From positions 194-64,193 of the forward strand of contig JANQFG010000037.1 of assembly GCA_028277985.1 (NCBI GenBank): a stretch of 64,000 nt of DNA, read 5' to 3'. The position numbers and the translations under genes were made by a program. Under the pieces are notes generated by a model. The model ran no database searches and was not told the DNA's origin. It saw nothing but the letters and a program-made list of their open reading frames with translations. Shown here piece after piece: positions 35,040 to 45,839 of the stretch (its first letter is position 1; each line of letters starts with the position of its first letter). This DNA is from a bacterium. GTDB lineage: Bacteria; Desulfobacterota; DSWW01.

Positions 35040-37112
35040 TTACCTAGGAATGATGGGCAATTCCACGTGAGACGGGTACGCGTCTGTCCGATGCAAGGTC
35101 ATCGTCGTAGGCGGTGCCTCGGCAGGATCTCCGCCGGGCGCCAGGCCCGGGTTCAACTCGAAGTTCTCGTGGTCCGCACCGGCGATGGCGATCCGGATCT
35201 TGTGGCCCTCCTTGAAGACCCAGGAGACGGGCACCATCTCGAATCGGAGATTCAAAGGGGTGTCGGAACTCAGGGCGCCGTCGACCCACTGCGACTCCTT
35301 GTATCCGTGCCAGGGCAACTCGGGCTTCACGTCCAAGACGCCCGCCACCCTGTCGTCGTCCTCGTAGAGCCGGTGCCATCCTGCCCTGAGCTGACCCTCT
35401 GCCACATAGATCGATTCCCCTTGCGGGTCCACATCGCAGAGGTAGACGAAGACATCGCCGTACCGCTGGTTCGAGGTGACCCACACGTCCACGATCGGGT
35501 GGCCCGTTACTTCCGTGTCCCCTGAGAGGGGCCCGGTTTCGTAGACGAGGCATTGCGCGTCCTTGTCGGTCCTCATCATCAGGGCGTCCGGATAGCCGAT
35601 CATGATCCACCGGTCCGAGACCGTGGAGCCGTAACTGGAACGGTGCGTGAAGTCCACATCGTAGTCGTCCGTACCGTCTGCCGTTCTCGTCGTGGCGAGG
35701 CCGCTTCCCTGATCGAGATAGTAATGGGTCATCACCTGTCGTGCGAGAGGCCATTCGTTTTCGGCTCGCCAACCGTCGTTCGCCACGTAGATGTAGACCG
35801 GAGGCTCTCTGTCGATTCCGTTGTCGATGCCCTTGAGGTACCGGTCGTAGAACCGCAGCCGCTCTATGTTGTTCTGCTCCTGGAAGTTTCCGGAGTAGGA
35901 GAAGTAATCGAGGTAGGCGTCCGGGATGCCCTGATGGTATCCAGGCCCGATGATCAGCTTGCTCGGGACCATTTCGTGGGAGCTCGCGTAGGTCATGGGC
36001 GCGCCCTTGCAGAAGGCATCGTACCAGCGGCCGATGTGGTAGATCGCGATCCCGGAGCCCTTGATCTCGTTCATCATGTATCCCGGGCTCCCGTCGAGAA
36101 AGGTGAGGGTCTCATAGGGGGGAAGGAAGTGGCTGTCGAAGTAGGACATCGCATCGGCAATCTGCTGGAAGACCGGGTTGAAAAGATGCTCGACGGTGGC
36201 CCAGAAATACTTGTGCTGGGACCGCTTTACCCCGTCCGGATAGTGGATCCCGAAGGGTGGGATGATGAAGTCATCGAAGAACATCGACGGATCCCCCTGG
36301 TCGCTCCTCGGAACCTCGTCCGCGAACTCACCGTCCCCGTCCTCATCAAAGGCGGGCGCCGCCGGCATCAGGCCGAAATCCGGGTACTGAACATTCATAT
36401 TGAAGGCCTGGAGGAGTTGACTGTAGCTCGAGATCCAGTTGATGGCGGCGATCCCTCCCGGACGGAAGCCTTCGGTGTATCCCTCGGTCAGGATGACCTC
36501 CGGTGTGATGCACTTGAGCGCGGCCGGCAGGTTCCGCGCCGTGGCGAACTGGCTCCATCCCACATACGACCCCCCTGTCATGCCCACGTTTCCATCACAC
36601 CAGGACTGTGCCGCCATCCAGTCGACGAGCTCCTTTCCATCGCGACCGAGGACGGGCGTGAAAGGGCCCTGTTCCCCGGTGGCGGCCCCGGTGCCGCGCA
36701 TGTCCGCTGCCACAAGGGCGTACCCGTGAGACAGCATGAGCTCACCCAGCGAGGTCATCGAGAAATCGCTGGTCACCTCACCCGTGGCAGGATCGACCTG
36801 TGCTCTATCGTAGGGGGTGTAGGTGAAGACCACGGGGAAGGAATCCCGGTTCGGGCCTCCGGCGGGCAGGAAGACGTCCACGGCAAGCTGAGTGCCGTCG
36901 GACACGGTCAGGTACTGGGTCTGTTTCGTGAAGCTTGAGTATTCGGGAGAACTGAAACCGGAGTAGGTGAAGGGCGCGCATACCTTCTCCGCCCCCTCGT
37001 TCCCCACTCCGGGTTCGTCGTCACTTCCGCACTGAATCGAAACGAGGGCGAGCGCAACCGCTACGACGGCAAACCTGGTTGAAGGGTTCTGCAGTGAGAT
37101 CTTCATCGGCAT
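35040..37112 (-). CDS. CocE/NonD family hydrolase (peptidase S15), probable lipoprotein
   Basis: Signal ending SIQC; DGTQLAVD, TPY, DMRGTG, GGSYVG nucleophile, WYD, GPGYH, C-terminal galactose-binding-like domain. Confidence 0.9.
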   Translation of the reverse strand: MPMKISLQNPSTRFAVVAVALALVSIQCGSDDEPGVGNEGAEKVCAPFTYSGFSSPEYSSFTKQTQYLTVSDGTQLAVDVFLPAGGPNRDSFPVVFTYTPYDRAQVDPATGEVTSDFSMTSLGELMLSHGYALVAADMRGTGAATGEQGPFTPVLGRDGKELVDWMAAQSWCDGNVGMTGGSYVGWSQFATARNLPAALKCITPEVILTEGYTEGFRPGGIAAINWISSYSQLLQAFNMNVQYPDFGLMPAAPAFDEDGDGEFADEVPRSDQGDPSMFFDDFIIPPFGIHYPDGVKRSQHKYFWATVEHLFNPVFQQIADAMSYFDSHFLPPYETLTFLDGSPGYMMNEIKGSGIAIYHIGRWYDAFCKGAPMTYASSHEMVPSKLIIGPGYHQGIPDAYLDYFSYSGNFQEQNNIERLRFYDRYLKGIDNGIDREPPVYIYVANDGWRAENEWPLARQVMTHYYLDQGSGLATTRTADGTDDYDVDFTHRSSYGSTVSDRWIMIGYPDALMMRTDKDAQCLVYETGPLSGDTEVTGHPIVDVWVTSNQRYGDVFVYLCDVDPQGESIYVAEGQLRAGWHRLYEDDDRVAGVLDVKPELPWHGYKESQWVDGALSSDTPLNLRFEMVPVSWVFKEGHKIRIAIAGADHENFELNPGLAPGGDPAEAPPTTMTLHRTDAYPSHVELPIIPR

Positions 37113-37171
37113 CTCCTTCTGTCAGTCCGTGTTCCGAAAGATAGGGGCCGGCGTCCACCGCTCCTGCAGGA

Positions 37172-37939
37172 TTACCTCGCCTGCATCCTGATTGCACCGT
37201 CCAGCCGGATGACCTCTCCGTTCAGCATCGGGTTCTCGACGATGTGCCTGGCCAGGATGGCGAACTCTTCCGGTTTACCCAGTCGGCTTGGGAAGGGGAC
37301 CATCTGACCCAGTGAATCCAGCACCTTTTCCGGCAGCCCCATCAGCAGGGGGGTGAGAAACAGGCCAGGGGCGATCGTCATCACCCGGATACCGAGCTGT
37401 GCGAACTCACGGGCGATGGGGAGGGTCATTCCGTTGATCCCCGCCTTGGACGCGCTGTAAGACGCCTGCCCGATTTGTCCCTCGGTAGAGGCCGCGGATG
37501 ACGTGTTGATCACTACGCCCCGTTCCCCCTCCTCGTTCGGGGTGTTCTTCGCCATCTGCTCTGCTGCGAGCCGGATCACGTTCACCGTGCCGATCAGGTT
37601 GATCTGGACGACCCGGTTAAAAACGTCCAGGGCTATCGGCCCCTCCTTGCCGAGGATTTTGCAGGGATCCCCGATCCCGGCGCAATTGACGTCCGCATGG
37701 ATCGCTCCGAAGGAATCCATCGTCTTGTCGATCGCAGCCTGCACGCTCGCCTCATCGGTCACGTTCGTCTTGCAGAAGACGGCATCCTTCCCCAGCTCCG
37801 AAGCGAGCTGTTCGCCCCTCTCCTCGTTCAGGTCCAGGATGGAGACCCGGGCGCCACCCTCGGCCAGGGCACGGACCGTCGCTTCCCCCAACCCCGAAGC
37901 TCCACCTGTAACAACCGCCACGACATCGCTCGTTTTCAT
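37172..37939 (-). CDS. SDR, 3-hydroxyacyl-CoA dehydrogenase (HSD17B10-like)
   Basis: [37 protein letters not shown]. Confidence 0.93.
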   Translation of the reverse strand: MKTSDVVAVVTGGASGLGEATVRALAEGGARVSILDLNEERGEQLASELGKDAVFCKTNVTDEASVQAAIDKTMDSFGAIHADVNCAGIGDPCKILGKEGPIALDVFNRVVQINLIGTVNVIRLAAEQMAKNTPNEEGERGVVINTSSAASTEGQIGQASYSASKAGINGMTLPIAREFAQLGIRVMTIAPGLFLTPLLMGLPEKVLDSLGQMVPFPSRLGKPEEFAILARHIVENPMLNGEVIRLDGAIRMQAR

Positions 37940-37969
37940 CTTTCCTTCTCCTTTCATCTGCTGGTTTGG

Positions 37970-39259
37970 TCAGTTCGAGGGAACCCGTATCGGCCGAGAC
38001 CGCCATTGGTTCCATGTGGTCAGGGCTGCCTTCGGCTGCCCATCGTAGTCGAGCACACCCATGGATCCCCACATCAGCCATGCCGGGAGCAGGCCGATCT
38101 CTTCCAGAGCATCGTAAAGGACGCACCACGGATCGGGAGCACTGCAGGGACAGGACGTGAGGATTGGATCGAAAAGGTAATCGCGCAAGGACCACCAGAC
38201 AACCAGGTCGGAGCCCATCTGATCCGCCTTCTCGAACAGGTACTCCATGTATTGCACGTGGAGGGAATCGGATGACTGCGTGATCGTTTGGCAGGGGCCG
38301 TTCGGGTAGGGCACCGGCACGGTAACGGGATGGTTGTTCCAGCCGGTTTCCCCGAACACCACCTGTTCCCCTGTCTCCTCGGAAAAAGCGGTGAAATGGT
38401 CCTCCGGCCAGGAATCAAGCTCCTGAAACAACCATATCGGATACGAGCTGATCCCGAGACGGTCCCGCTTCAAGCCGGCTATCTTTACCAGGTTCTCCCT
38501 CATGCAGGCACGATCGTTTGGGAAGCAGCCCTGGGCTTCCGGATGGTACCACATATCGTTGACCGTCAGGGTTGGAAAGACCGCCAAGTCGGGATCGAGC
38601 CCCTTCTCCTGGTCATAAGCCTCGTTGAGTAGCCCGATCAAGGAAGCGTAATCGTCCGGGCAAGCGATGTCGTACATGTTCATCTCGATGCCGTGGGTCA
38701 GGTAAACCGGCTCGAAATAATCTACCATCCAGCGGACATAGTTGAGGAAGCCCGTGCGGATATCCTCGTGCCCCGGGCCGCCGGCGAAGTTGTAGCAGCC
38801 GGGAGCCCAGTCCTCATCCACGAGAAGTTCGCCGTCCTGATCGACTGCCTTGGCCGCGATCTGGACCCTCGTGGCGCTGATCGGCGTCAGGCTCAGGTAG
38901 ACTCCGACGCCCAATTGGTCGGCATCGTTCCGGATCTGTTCCATCGCCTCGAGCCACGGGTCGGGCAGTGGCTCCCCTGAGGCGAATTCGTCCCAGGGAA
39001 GGCCGAAGAAGTTGTCCATGTGCAGAGAGATCAGGTCAACACGTCCTGCAAACCCGTCCATTACGAAAGTGCTCTGGATGTTCGAGGGGGACACAGAGAA
39101 CTGGAAAGGTGCTGCTGCGAGCGAGAAGGAACGGGGTTGGGTTGGCCGACCGTTTCCCCCGTTCGCATCTCCCTCTTCATTCTCGCTGCATCCGAGCGGG
39201 AGAAGAAGGAGAGTTGCGAAGACGAGCGTACGGAGCGCAGCAGGGCATGCCCCGCTCAT
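37970..39259 (-). CDS. Lipoprotein, possible clan GH-A TIM-barrel glycoside hydrolase
   Basis: Lipobox PLGC; GIEMN and FGETGW resemble the acid/base and nucleophile Glu positions; C-terminal G.LDYDG.PK.A...W. Confidence 0.6.
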   Translation of the reverse strand: MSGACPAALRTLVFATLLLLPLGCSENEEGDANGGNGRPTQPRSFSLAAAPFQFSVSPSNIQSTFVMDGFAGRVDLISLHMDNFFGLPWDEFASGEPLPDPWLEAMEQIRNDADQLGVGVYLSLTPISATRVQIAAKAVDQDGELLVDEDWAPGCYNFAGGPGHEDIRTGFLNYVRWMVDYFEPVYLTHGIEMNMYDIACPDDYASLIGLLNEAYDQEKGLDPDLAVFPTLTVNDMWYHPEAQGCFPNDRACMRENLVKIAGLKRDRLGISSYPIWLFQELDSWPEDHFTAFSEETGEQVVFGETGWNNHPVTVPVPYPNGPCQTITQSSDSLHVQYMEYLFEKADQMGSDLVVWWSLRDYLFDPILTSCPCSAPDPWCVLYDALEEIGLLPAWLMWGSMGVLDYDGQPKAALTTWNQWRSRPIRVPSN

Positions 39260-39458
39260 GGCACCCTCAGCGATTCTGTGGGCGGCATCAGGGAACTCCT
39301 TTTGTGCTTCTCTGGGGGGCTTCCGCTGGTGTAAGGAGGTAGTATTATATACATATAGACATTGGACAACAAATGGACCAGAACGTATTCTGATAAGAAA
39401 AGTTCCTGCGTGCAGGGACTTGCACCGAAAACAGGGCCCTATCTTTACGGGGGAGAAG

Positions 39459-40484
39459 ATGAAAAAGGTACGACTCGGGAGAACGGGCCTCATGGTCTCG
39501 GAGGTGGGCTTCGGAGGCATCCCGATCATCAATATCGGTATGGAGGATGCGGTTTCCCTCCTTCGTCACTGCTTCGAGCTGGGCATCACATTGTTCGATA
39601 CGGCCAATATGTACGGTGACAGCGAGAAGAAGATGGGCGCCGCGTTCGAATCGGTTCGCGACCGGGTGGTTCTTGCCTCCAAGACGCTCGAGCGGGATGC
39701 AGAGGGAGCGGCGAGTCACCTGGACCTTAGCCTCGAAAACCTGAAGACCGGGAGGCTCGATGTCTATCAGCTGCACCAGGTGGCCAACCGCAAGACCCTG
39801 GACGAAGTGATGGCCCCGGGCGGGGCGTACGAGGCGCTTGAGAAAGCAAAATCCGACGGGAAGATCCGCTTCATCGGGCTGAGCTCGCACAACACGCAGA
39901 TTGCGATCGAGGCCTGTCGGACGGGCCGTTTCGACACAGTCCAGATCCCATTCAATTTTATCGAAAAGGATGCTTTGGAGAGTCTGTTCCCGGTCGCCGC
40001 GGAGATGGACATGGGCATCATCGGCATGAAACCCCTGGCGGGTGGCGTATTGGATCGGGCGGACCTGTGTTTCGGCTTCCTGCAGCAATACCCGATGGTG
40101 GTTCCCATCCCGGGCATGAAGGCGCGCGATGAAGCCGACGAGATCGCCGGGCTCTATGCATCACCCCAGGGACTCACCGCAGAGCGACAGGAGAAGATAG
40201 AGGAGATTCGTTCCGAGCTGGGCACGAAATTCTGCCGTCGGTGTGAGTACTGCATGCCCTGTCAGCAGGAGATCCACATCCCGACGGCCCTGGGGATGCA
40301 GGCGTTCGTGAAAAGACTTCCTCCGTTAGCAACGATCGCGCTGAACGATGAAAACATGAAGAAGGCGGACACCTGCATCGAGTGCGGCGAGTGCGCCGAA
40401 AAATGCCCCTACGAACTTCCGATTCCGGATCTGATCAAGGAGAATCTGTCCCTTTACCGGGAGTATGTGAAGAAGCACAGCTGA
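39459..40484 (+). CDS. Aldo/keto reductase with C-terminal 4Fe-4S domain
   Basis: LGRTGL.VS..GFG, FDTANMY, SK, QLH; CRRCEYCMPC and CIECGECAEKCP. Confidence 0.93.
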   Translation: MKKVRLGRTGLMVSEVGFGGIPIINIGMEDAVSLLRHCFELGITLFDTANMYGDSEKKMGAAFESVRDRVVLASKTLERDAEGAASHLDLSLENLKTGRLDVYQLHQVANRKTLDEVMAPGGAYEALEKAKSDGKIRFIGLSSHNTQIAIEACRTGRFDTVQIPFNFIEKDALESLFPVAAEMDMGIIGMKPLAGGVLDRADLCFGFLQQYPMVVPIPGMKARDEADEIAGLYASPQGLTAERQEKIEEIRSELGTKFCRRCEYCMPCQQEIHIPTALGMQAFVKRLPPLATIALNDENMKKADTCIECGECAEKCPYELPIPDLIKENLSLYREYVKKHS

Positions 40485-40509
40485 CGCCGGATCGGATCCC
40501 TCGAGGGCC

Positions 40510-40926
40510 CTACTGTTTGGTCATGACTTCCTGCAGGCGCTTCTGAGCCTTCTGCACTTCCGGATCCGTCATATAGGGCATGAGCTTCATCATGGACGTG
40601 CCCATCTTCTTGCCCATTTCCTGCGCCTCTGCCTGCATTTCCTTCAGCTCTTCGGGCGGGTTGTTCCTGTCCTTCAGCTCAGGATATTTCTCTGACAGGG
40701 CCTTCATCTGGGGCCAGAGAGCCTCCATGCCGTCGGCAAAACGGTTGATCGCTTTCGCGGCGTCCTCCGCGCTCGCAGCCTTTTCCAGGTCGTCGACATA
40801 TTTCTTGACGACGTCCATGTACTTCTGGTTCACCTTCTTTGCGTCCGCATACTTGCCCTGACAACCGACCGTGAAGAACAAGACAGCCAGTACGCACAGC
40901 ATTGTGATGAACAGACTCTTTCTCAT
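40510..40926 (-). CDS. Helical lipoprotein, hypothetical
   Basis: Lipobox TVGC; Met/Lys-rich helical body; RBS AGGAG. Confidence 0.8.
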   Translation of the reverse strand: MRKSLFITMLCVLAVLFFTVGCQGKYADAKKVNQKYMDVVKKYVDDLEKAASAEDAAKAINRFADGMEALWPQMKALSEKYPELKDRNNPPEELKEMQAEAQEMGKKMGTSMMKLMPYMTDPEVQKAQKRLQEVMTKQ

Positions 40927-40966
40927 TTCCAACTCTCCTTTCAGGTCCGCGATTGGGTTCTTGCGG

Positions 40967-40995
40967 ATTATAGTGCCGGAAGGGGATTATCTCAA
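40967..40995 (-). promoter_or_regulatory. Sigma70 promoter of the helical lipoprotein gene
   Basis: Minus strand TTGAGA, 17 bp, TATAAT. Confidence 0.6.
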
Positions 40996-41019
40996 CAGAG
41001 GGTCTGGTCCGGATTCTTG

Positions 41020-44000
41020 TCAACCTTTTTCCAGCACTTCTCGGATCAGCTCCAGCATCATCTTGATCTCGTAAGGCTTCGAAATGATCCCCTTTGCACC
41101 CGAGGCAAGCGATTCCCCTCCCTGCGAATCAGACACGAATCCGCTGGCCAGGAGGACCTTCACATCGGGATCGATCTCCTGGAGTTCCTCGAGGCATCTG
41201 GTGCCCCCCATGCCGGGCATGATCAGGTCCAGAATGATCAGGTCGACCCGGTCACCTTCCCTCCGGTAGAGATCCAGTGCAGTTTCGCCATCCTTCACGG
41301 TGACCACCTGGTAGCCGAATTTCTCCAGAACCTCCTTTGCGAGATCCCGTATCATCTCCTCATCGTCCACCACCAGGATGGTTTCTCCTGCCCCGATGGC
41401 AAACTCTGCCGCCGGTCCGGTCCGGGTTGGCGCACCCGCACCCCTGAAAGCAGGCAAGTAGATCCTGAAAGCCGTCCCTCTTCCGGGTTCGCTGTAGCAA
41501 AGGATGTGGCCCCCATGGCTCCGGACAATACCGTAGACCATGGCCAGGCCCAGGCCGGACCCTTTTCCGACTTCTTTGGTCGTGTAGAAGGGTTCGAAAA
41601 TGCGATTCAATGTCTTTTCGTCCATGCCTTCGCCCGTGTCGGAGACCGTGAGCAGGACATAGTCACCCGGCGCGGCATGGAGTTGTTTCCTGCAATCCTC
41701 TTCATCCAGGTTCACGTTTCTTGTTTCAAAACTCAGCTTCCCTCCCCCGGGCATCGCATCCCGTGCGTTCACTCCGAGGTTCATCAACAGTTGTTCCATC
41801 TGACCCGGGTGCGCGTCGACGGTATGCAGGGCCGGTTCGAGCCGCACATCGATTTCGATCATCTTTGGTATGGTTCGAGCCAACAGACGTCTAACGTCCT
41901 CCACGGTAGTATTCAAATCGACCGGCTCCCGGGTGCTGTCCGCCCTACGGCTGAAGGTAAGGAGCTGCTGGACCAGGTCCCGACTTCGGTTCACGGCCTT
42001 CAAGATTTCTTGTATCTGCGTATATCGGGTGCCCTCCGTCCTCTCTCTCAAGAGCAGGAGCTCTGCGTAACCCTGAACCGCTTGGAGCTGGTTGTTGAAG
42101 TCATGCGCTATGCCTCCGGCAAGGGTGCCGACCGCCTCCATCTTCTGCGCCTCTCGAAACTGCGTCTCGAGGAGCTTCCGGTCCGTCAGGTCACGGATGG
42201 TTCCGAACAGTCCGGAGACGTTGCCTTCGGGGTCACGCATCGGGACCTTCACAACGTGGAGGGTCTTCGGGCCCTCCTCGGAAGACCGGATCTCCTCTTT
42301 CTCGATTACATCACCGGAGAGCACTCGAGTGTCCGTCTCTCCGGAAAGGGCTCCGACCTCCTTCCCAAAGAGCTCTTCATCCGTTTTCCCCTCGAACTCG
42401 CCGGCGGGGAGACGGAAGAGCTTCGACATGCTCTCATTCACGAGGGTGTACCGGAGATTGCGGTCTTTCAGAAAGATCCCCTCCTGAGCCGTCTCGAAGA
42501 TCATCCGTAAGCGCTCCTCGCTCTCCCTCAGTCTTATCTCTGAGTGTCTTTGCGAGGTCGTATCCCGAACGGTCTGTATCGCCCCGATCACTTCCCCGTT
42601 TGCATTGTAGAGCGGCGCGGCCTTGGCCCAGAGATATGTGCCGCCCTTGAAGTTCGGCAAGTAATTCTCATTGGATATCTTGTCCCCGTCCCTTACGAAA
42701 TTGGGGTAGTACTCTCGAATCTTCTCATCGGGCCGGAACACCATATCAACAAGGGTAGGTCTTCTCTCCCCGAAGCTCGAGAGGGCATACTCATAGTCGC
42801 CTTTCCCCACCATCTCCTCGGCAGGCACGTCGAGCATTTCCGCCATGGCACGGTTCCAGACGATCACCCTCCCCTCGCTGTCGATGGCACCGGTCGGATC
42901 AGGGAGAAACTCGATCAAGTCTGAGAGTATGCGTTCCGAGTCCCTGAGTGCTTCCTCGGTCCTCTTGCGCTCGGTGATGTCAACAGCGGCGGTGAGCCCG
43001 GCGGTCCTGCCTTCGTAGAGGATCGTGGTTGCGTGTCCTTCGATCCATCTCGTCTCGCCGGTCTTGGTTACGATTCTCCATTCATGGTTGGTTACCAGGT
43101 CCTCTTCTCCTGCCTGTTGTTTGATGGCCTGCTCCACCACGAACGGTAGGTCATCCGGATGGACGAATCGAAGCCAGTCTTTCGTGGTCCAGGAGAGCAT
43201 CTCTTCAATGTCGTAACCGAGAGTTCGGGAGGCCGCCTCGTTTGCATATTTGACCTGATCGTCCTGCAGGATGACGATGGCCATCAGGGACTGTTCTGTG
43301 ATATTGCGAAATTTCTCTTCGCTCTCCCGGAGGGACTGCTCTGCAATCTTGCGTTCCGTGACGTCCTCTGCAACACCGGTCATGCGCAGAACCCGTCCAT
43401 CTGCATCCCTGATCGCGATTCCCCTGTCGGCGATCCAGCGGACAGCCCCATCGGGCCGGACAATCCGGTATTCCCTTCTGCGCCCTCCCTCTTTCTTTAC
43501 GATTTCCTTCCAGGTGTCCAGGGCGTAGGCGGCGTCATCCGGGTGGATGCTGTCAGCCCATTCCAGATGATTCTCATAGATGTCACGGAGCGAGCGCCCG
43601 AAGACCTGCTCATAGGCAGGACTCACATAGATTGTCTTTCGCTCCTGATAGTCGAAGAGCCAGAAGACTTCACGGATGTTGGCGGCGATTTCCTGGAAGC
43701 GCTCCTCGCTCTCCCGGAGTGCCTGCTCCGCCCTTGTTCGCTCGGTGATGTCCTGTACGATGCCCGAGACCCGAGTAGGGGTCCCGGCATCTCCGTAGTG
43801 CGCTTCGGAAATGGAAAGCACGTATCGATCGCTTCCGTCCGGCAATCGGATCTTCGCCTCGAACGTGAAGGGTTCCTTCTCTTCGACTGCCTGCTCGAGG
43901 AGCTCGTCGAGCCGTTTTCGGTCCTCCTCATGGACACGGCTGACCACCGAATCGATACGCGGATGGAAGTCCTTCGGATCGAGGTCGAAGATCCGATAGA

Positions 44001-44217
44001 CCTCATCGGACCATTCGACTTCCCCCGTCACAAGATCCCAGACCCATGTCCCGACGCGGGCCAGCCTTTGCAGATTGACCAGATCTTTCTCCCGTTCCCG
44101 CGGTGCCCTGTCCGCCTCCCTGTATTTGTCCAGCTCTGCCTCAAGCTCGGCCGTTCGCGCGCGCAAAGACGCCAGTTCATCCATGAGTTGAGCCTCGGAT
44201 TTGGGTTGGTCCTTCAT
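41020..44217 (-). CDS. Cytoplasmic hybrid sensor histidine kinase (5 PAS, HisKA, HATPase, REC)
   Basis: Repeated DITER PAS ends; [10 protein letters not shown]; FEPFYTTK..GKGSGLGL; receiver ILDLIMPG. Confidence 0.93.
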   Translation of the reverse strand: MKDQPKSEAQLMDELASLRARTAELEAELDKYREADRAPREREKDLVNLQRLARVGTWVWDLVTGEVEWSDEVYRIFDLDPKDFHPRIDSVVSRVHEEDRKRLDELLEQAVEEKEPFTFEAKIRLPDGSDRYVLSISEAHYGDAGTPTRVSGIVQDITERTRAEQALRESEERFQEIAANIREVFWLFDYQERKTIYVSPAYEQVFGRSLRDIYENHLEWADSIHPDDAAYALDTWKEIVKKEGGRRREYRIVRPDGAVRWIADRGIAIRDADGRVLRMTGVAEDVTERKIAEQSLRESEEKFRNITEQSLMAIVILQDDQVKYANEAASRTLGYDIEEMLSWTTKDWLRFVHPDDLPFVVEQAIKQQAGEEDLVTNHEWRIVTKTGETRWIEGHATTILYEGRTAGLTAAVDITERKRTEEALRDSERILSDLIEFLPDPTGAIDSEGRVIVWNRAMAEMLDVPAEEMVGKGDYEYALSSFGERRPTLVDMVFRPDEKIREYYPNFVRDGDKISNENYLPNFKGGTYLWAKAAPLYNANGEVIGAIQTVRDTTSQRHSEIRLRESEERLRMIFETAQEGIFLKDRNLRYTLVNESMSKLFRLPAGEFEGKTDEELFGKEVGALSGETDTRVLSGDVIEKEEIRSSEEGPKTLHVVKVPMRDPEGNVSGLFGTIRDLTDRKLLETQFREAQKMEAVGTLAGGIAHDFNNQLQAVQGYAELLLLRERTEGTRYTQIQEILKAVNRSRDLVQQLLTFSRRADSTREPVDLNTTVEDVRRLLARTIPKMIEIDVRLEPALHTVDAHPGQMEQLLMNLGVNARDAMPGGGKLSFETRNVNLDEEDCRKQLHAAPGDYVLLTVSDTGEGMDEKTLNRIFEPFYTTKEVGKGSGLGLAMVYGIVRSHGGHILCYSEPGRGTAFRIYLPAFRGAGAPTRTGPAAEFAIGAGETILVVDDEEMIRDLAKEVLEKFGYQVVTVKDGETALDLYRREGDRVDLIILDLIMPGMGGTRCLEELQEIDPDVKVLLASGFVSDSQGGESLASGAKGIISKPYEIKMMLELIREVLEKG

Positions 44218-44493
44218 TTCGGCAGCCTTACCACGAATTGAGACAATAGAAGGCCATTGCCTGCAGGGTGCAGATGGGCAGCAGGGAATGATAACGGATT
44301 TATGGACATCATGGGCAGATGAAGATCGTTGTAGGATTTTCTTATTAGAATCTCAGACCTCCGCGAAGGATGCAAATGAGGTTTTACTGTGGGGGGTGGA
44401 AGCCTCTTCCATAGGCGAGAAATTCGTTCTATACTGATTTCCCTAAACCCTCACACCTTATCTCCGCGTCCTGTTTCCCGATTGAGACGACCC

Positions 44494-45837
44494 ATGATGA
44501 AATCGAAACAGGTCTGGGGCTGGGCCCTCTATGACTGGGCGAATTCCGCCTTTGCCACCACGGTGATGGCGGGATTCTTTCCGGTCTTTTTCAAGTCCTA
44601 TTGGAGCGCCGGCACGGACGTGAACACGAGCACGGCGCAGCTGGGCCTGGGAAATTCCCTGGCGAGCATAGCTGTCGCCCTCATGGCGCCGGTCCTGGGT
44701 GCGGTTGCGGACCGCGGGACGGCCCGCAAGAAGTTCCTGCTCTGTTTTGCCTACCTTGGGGTACTGGCTACCGCTGCACTCTGCGTGGTTGGGCAGGGCC
44801 ATTGGGAGATGGCCATACTGGTCTTCGCGGTTGGGATCCTCGGTTTTTCCGGGGCGAATGTGTTCTACGATTCCCTCCTGCCGGAGGTGGCCGGAAAGGA
44901 CCGGATAGACTTTGTCTCCGGGCTCGGCTTCGCCATGGGATACCTGGGTGGCGGTCTTCTGTTCGCCTTCAACGTCTTCATGGTCTTGAAGCCGGAGCTG
45001 TTCGGGCTCACAGCAACGACGGCGGTCCGGTTCTCCTTTCTGACCGTGGCGATCTGGTGGGGCACGTTCACCCTGTTCACCCTCTTCTGGGTGAAAGAGA
45101 CGCCTCACACCGGGGATGCGATTCTCAAAGGCAACATGTTCTCTGCCGGGTTTCGGCAATTCACAGAGACCTTCCGAAAGAGGCGGCACCTGAAGACCGT
45201 CTTCCTCTTTCTTTTCGCCTACTGGCTGTACATCGACGGCGTGGACACGATCATCCGCATGGCAGTCGACTACGGCCTGTCCCTCGGGTTTGACTCCAAC
45301 GACCTGATCCTGGCCCTGCTCATCACCCAGTTCGTCGGCTTTCCTGCGGCGCTCCTCTTCGGCCGCCTGGGTGAACGATGGGATGTACGCAAGGCGATCT
45401 TCCTGGCCATCGGGGTCTACATGTTCATCACCGTCTGGGGGATCCTGATGACGAAGAAGTCGGAGTTCTACGTCCTGGCGATCCTGATCGGAACGGTCCA
45501 GGGGGGCATCCAGGCCCTGTCACGATCCTACTACTCCCGCCTGATCCCGAAAGGACAGGCCGGCGAGTTCTACGGGTTCTACAATATGCTGGGCAAGTTC
45601 GCCGCCATCCTGGGGCCCGCGCTGGTCGGCCTGGTCGGGATCGCAGCGAGGGGGTGGCTCATGCCCGCAGCACCGTCGCCCGAGCAGATCACGGCGGTCG
45701 AGCAGGCAGCTTCCCGGTGGAGCATCGGGTCCCTGCTGATCCTGTTCCTTGTGGGTGGCGTGCTTCTGTATTTTGTCGACGAGGACAAGGGCCGGCGGGA
45801 GATCGAGCTGTATGAAAGACAAGGCGAAGCTCCCTGA
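44494..45837 (+). CDS. MFS transporter, UMF1/ATG22 family
   Basis: WALYDWANSAF, ANVFYDSLL, GYLGG, QALSRS, FYGFYN..GK..A..GP. Confidence 0.92.
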   Translation: MMKSKQVWGWALYDWANSAFATTVMAGFFPVFFKSYWSAGTDVNTSTAQLGLGNSLASIAVALMAPVLGAVADRGTARKKFLLCFAYLGVLATAALCVVGQGHWEMAILVFAVGILGFSGANVFYDSLLPEVAGKDRIDFVSGLGFAMGYLGGGLLFAFNVFMVLKPELFGLTATTAVRFSFLTVAIWWGTFTLFTLFWVKETPHTGDAILKGNMFSAGFRQFTETFRKRRHLKTVFLFLFAYWLYIDGVDTIIRMAVDYGLSLGFDSNDLILALLITQFVGFPAALLFGRLGERWDVRKAIFLAIGVYMFITVWGILMTKKSEFYVLAILIGTVQGGIQALSRSYYSRLIPKGQAGEFYGFYNMLGKFAAILGPALVGLVGIAARGWLMPAAPSPEQITAVEQAASRWSIGSLLILFLVGGVLLYFVDEDKGRREIELYERQGEAP

Positions 45838-45839
45838 GC

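Noticed and set aside
39012-39532. Extended overlapping N-termini of the divergent ORFs 39012..40484 and 37970..39532
   Set aside because: True starts are at 39459 (AKR motif, RBS) and about 39259 (lipoprotein signal); the interval is an AT-rich promoter region.
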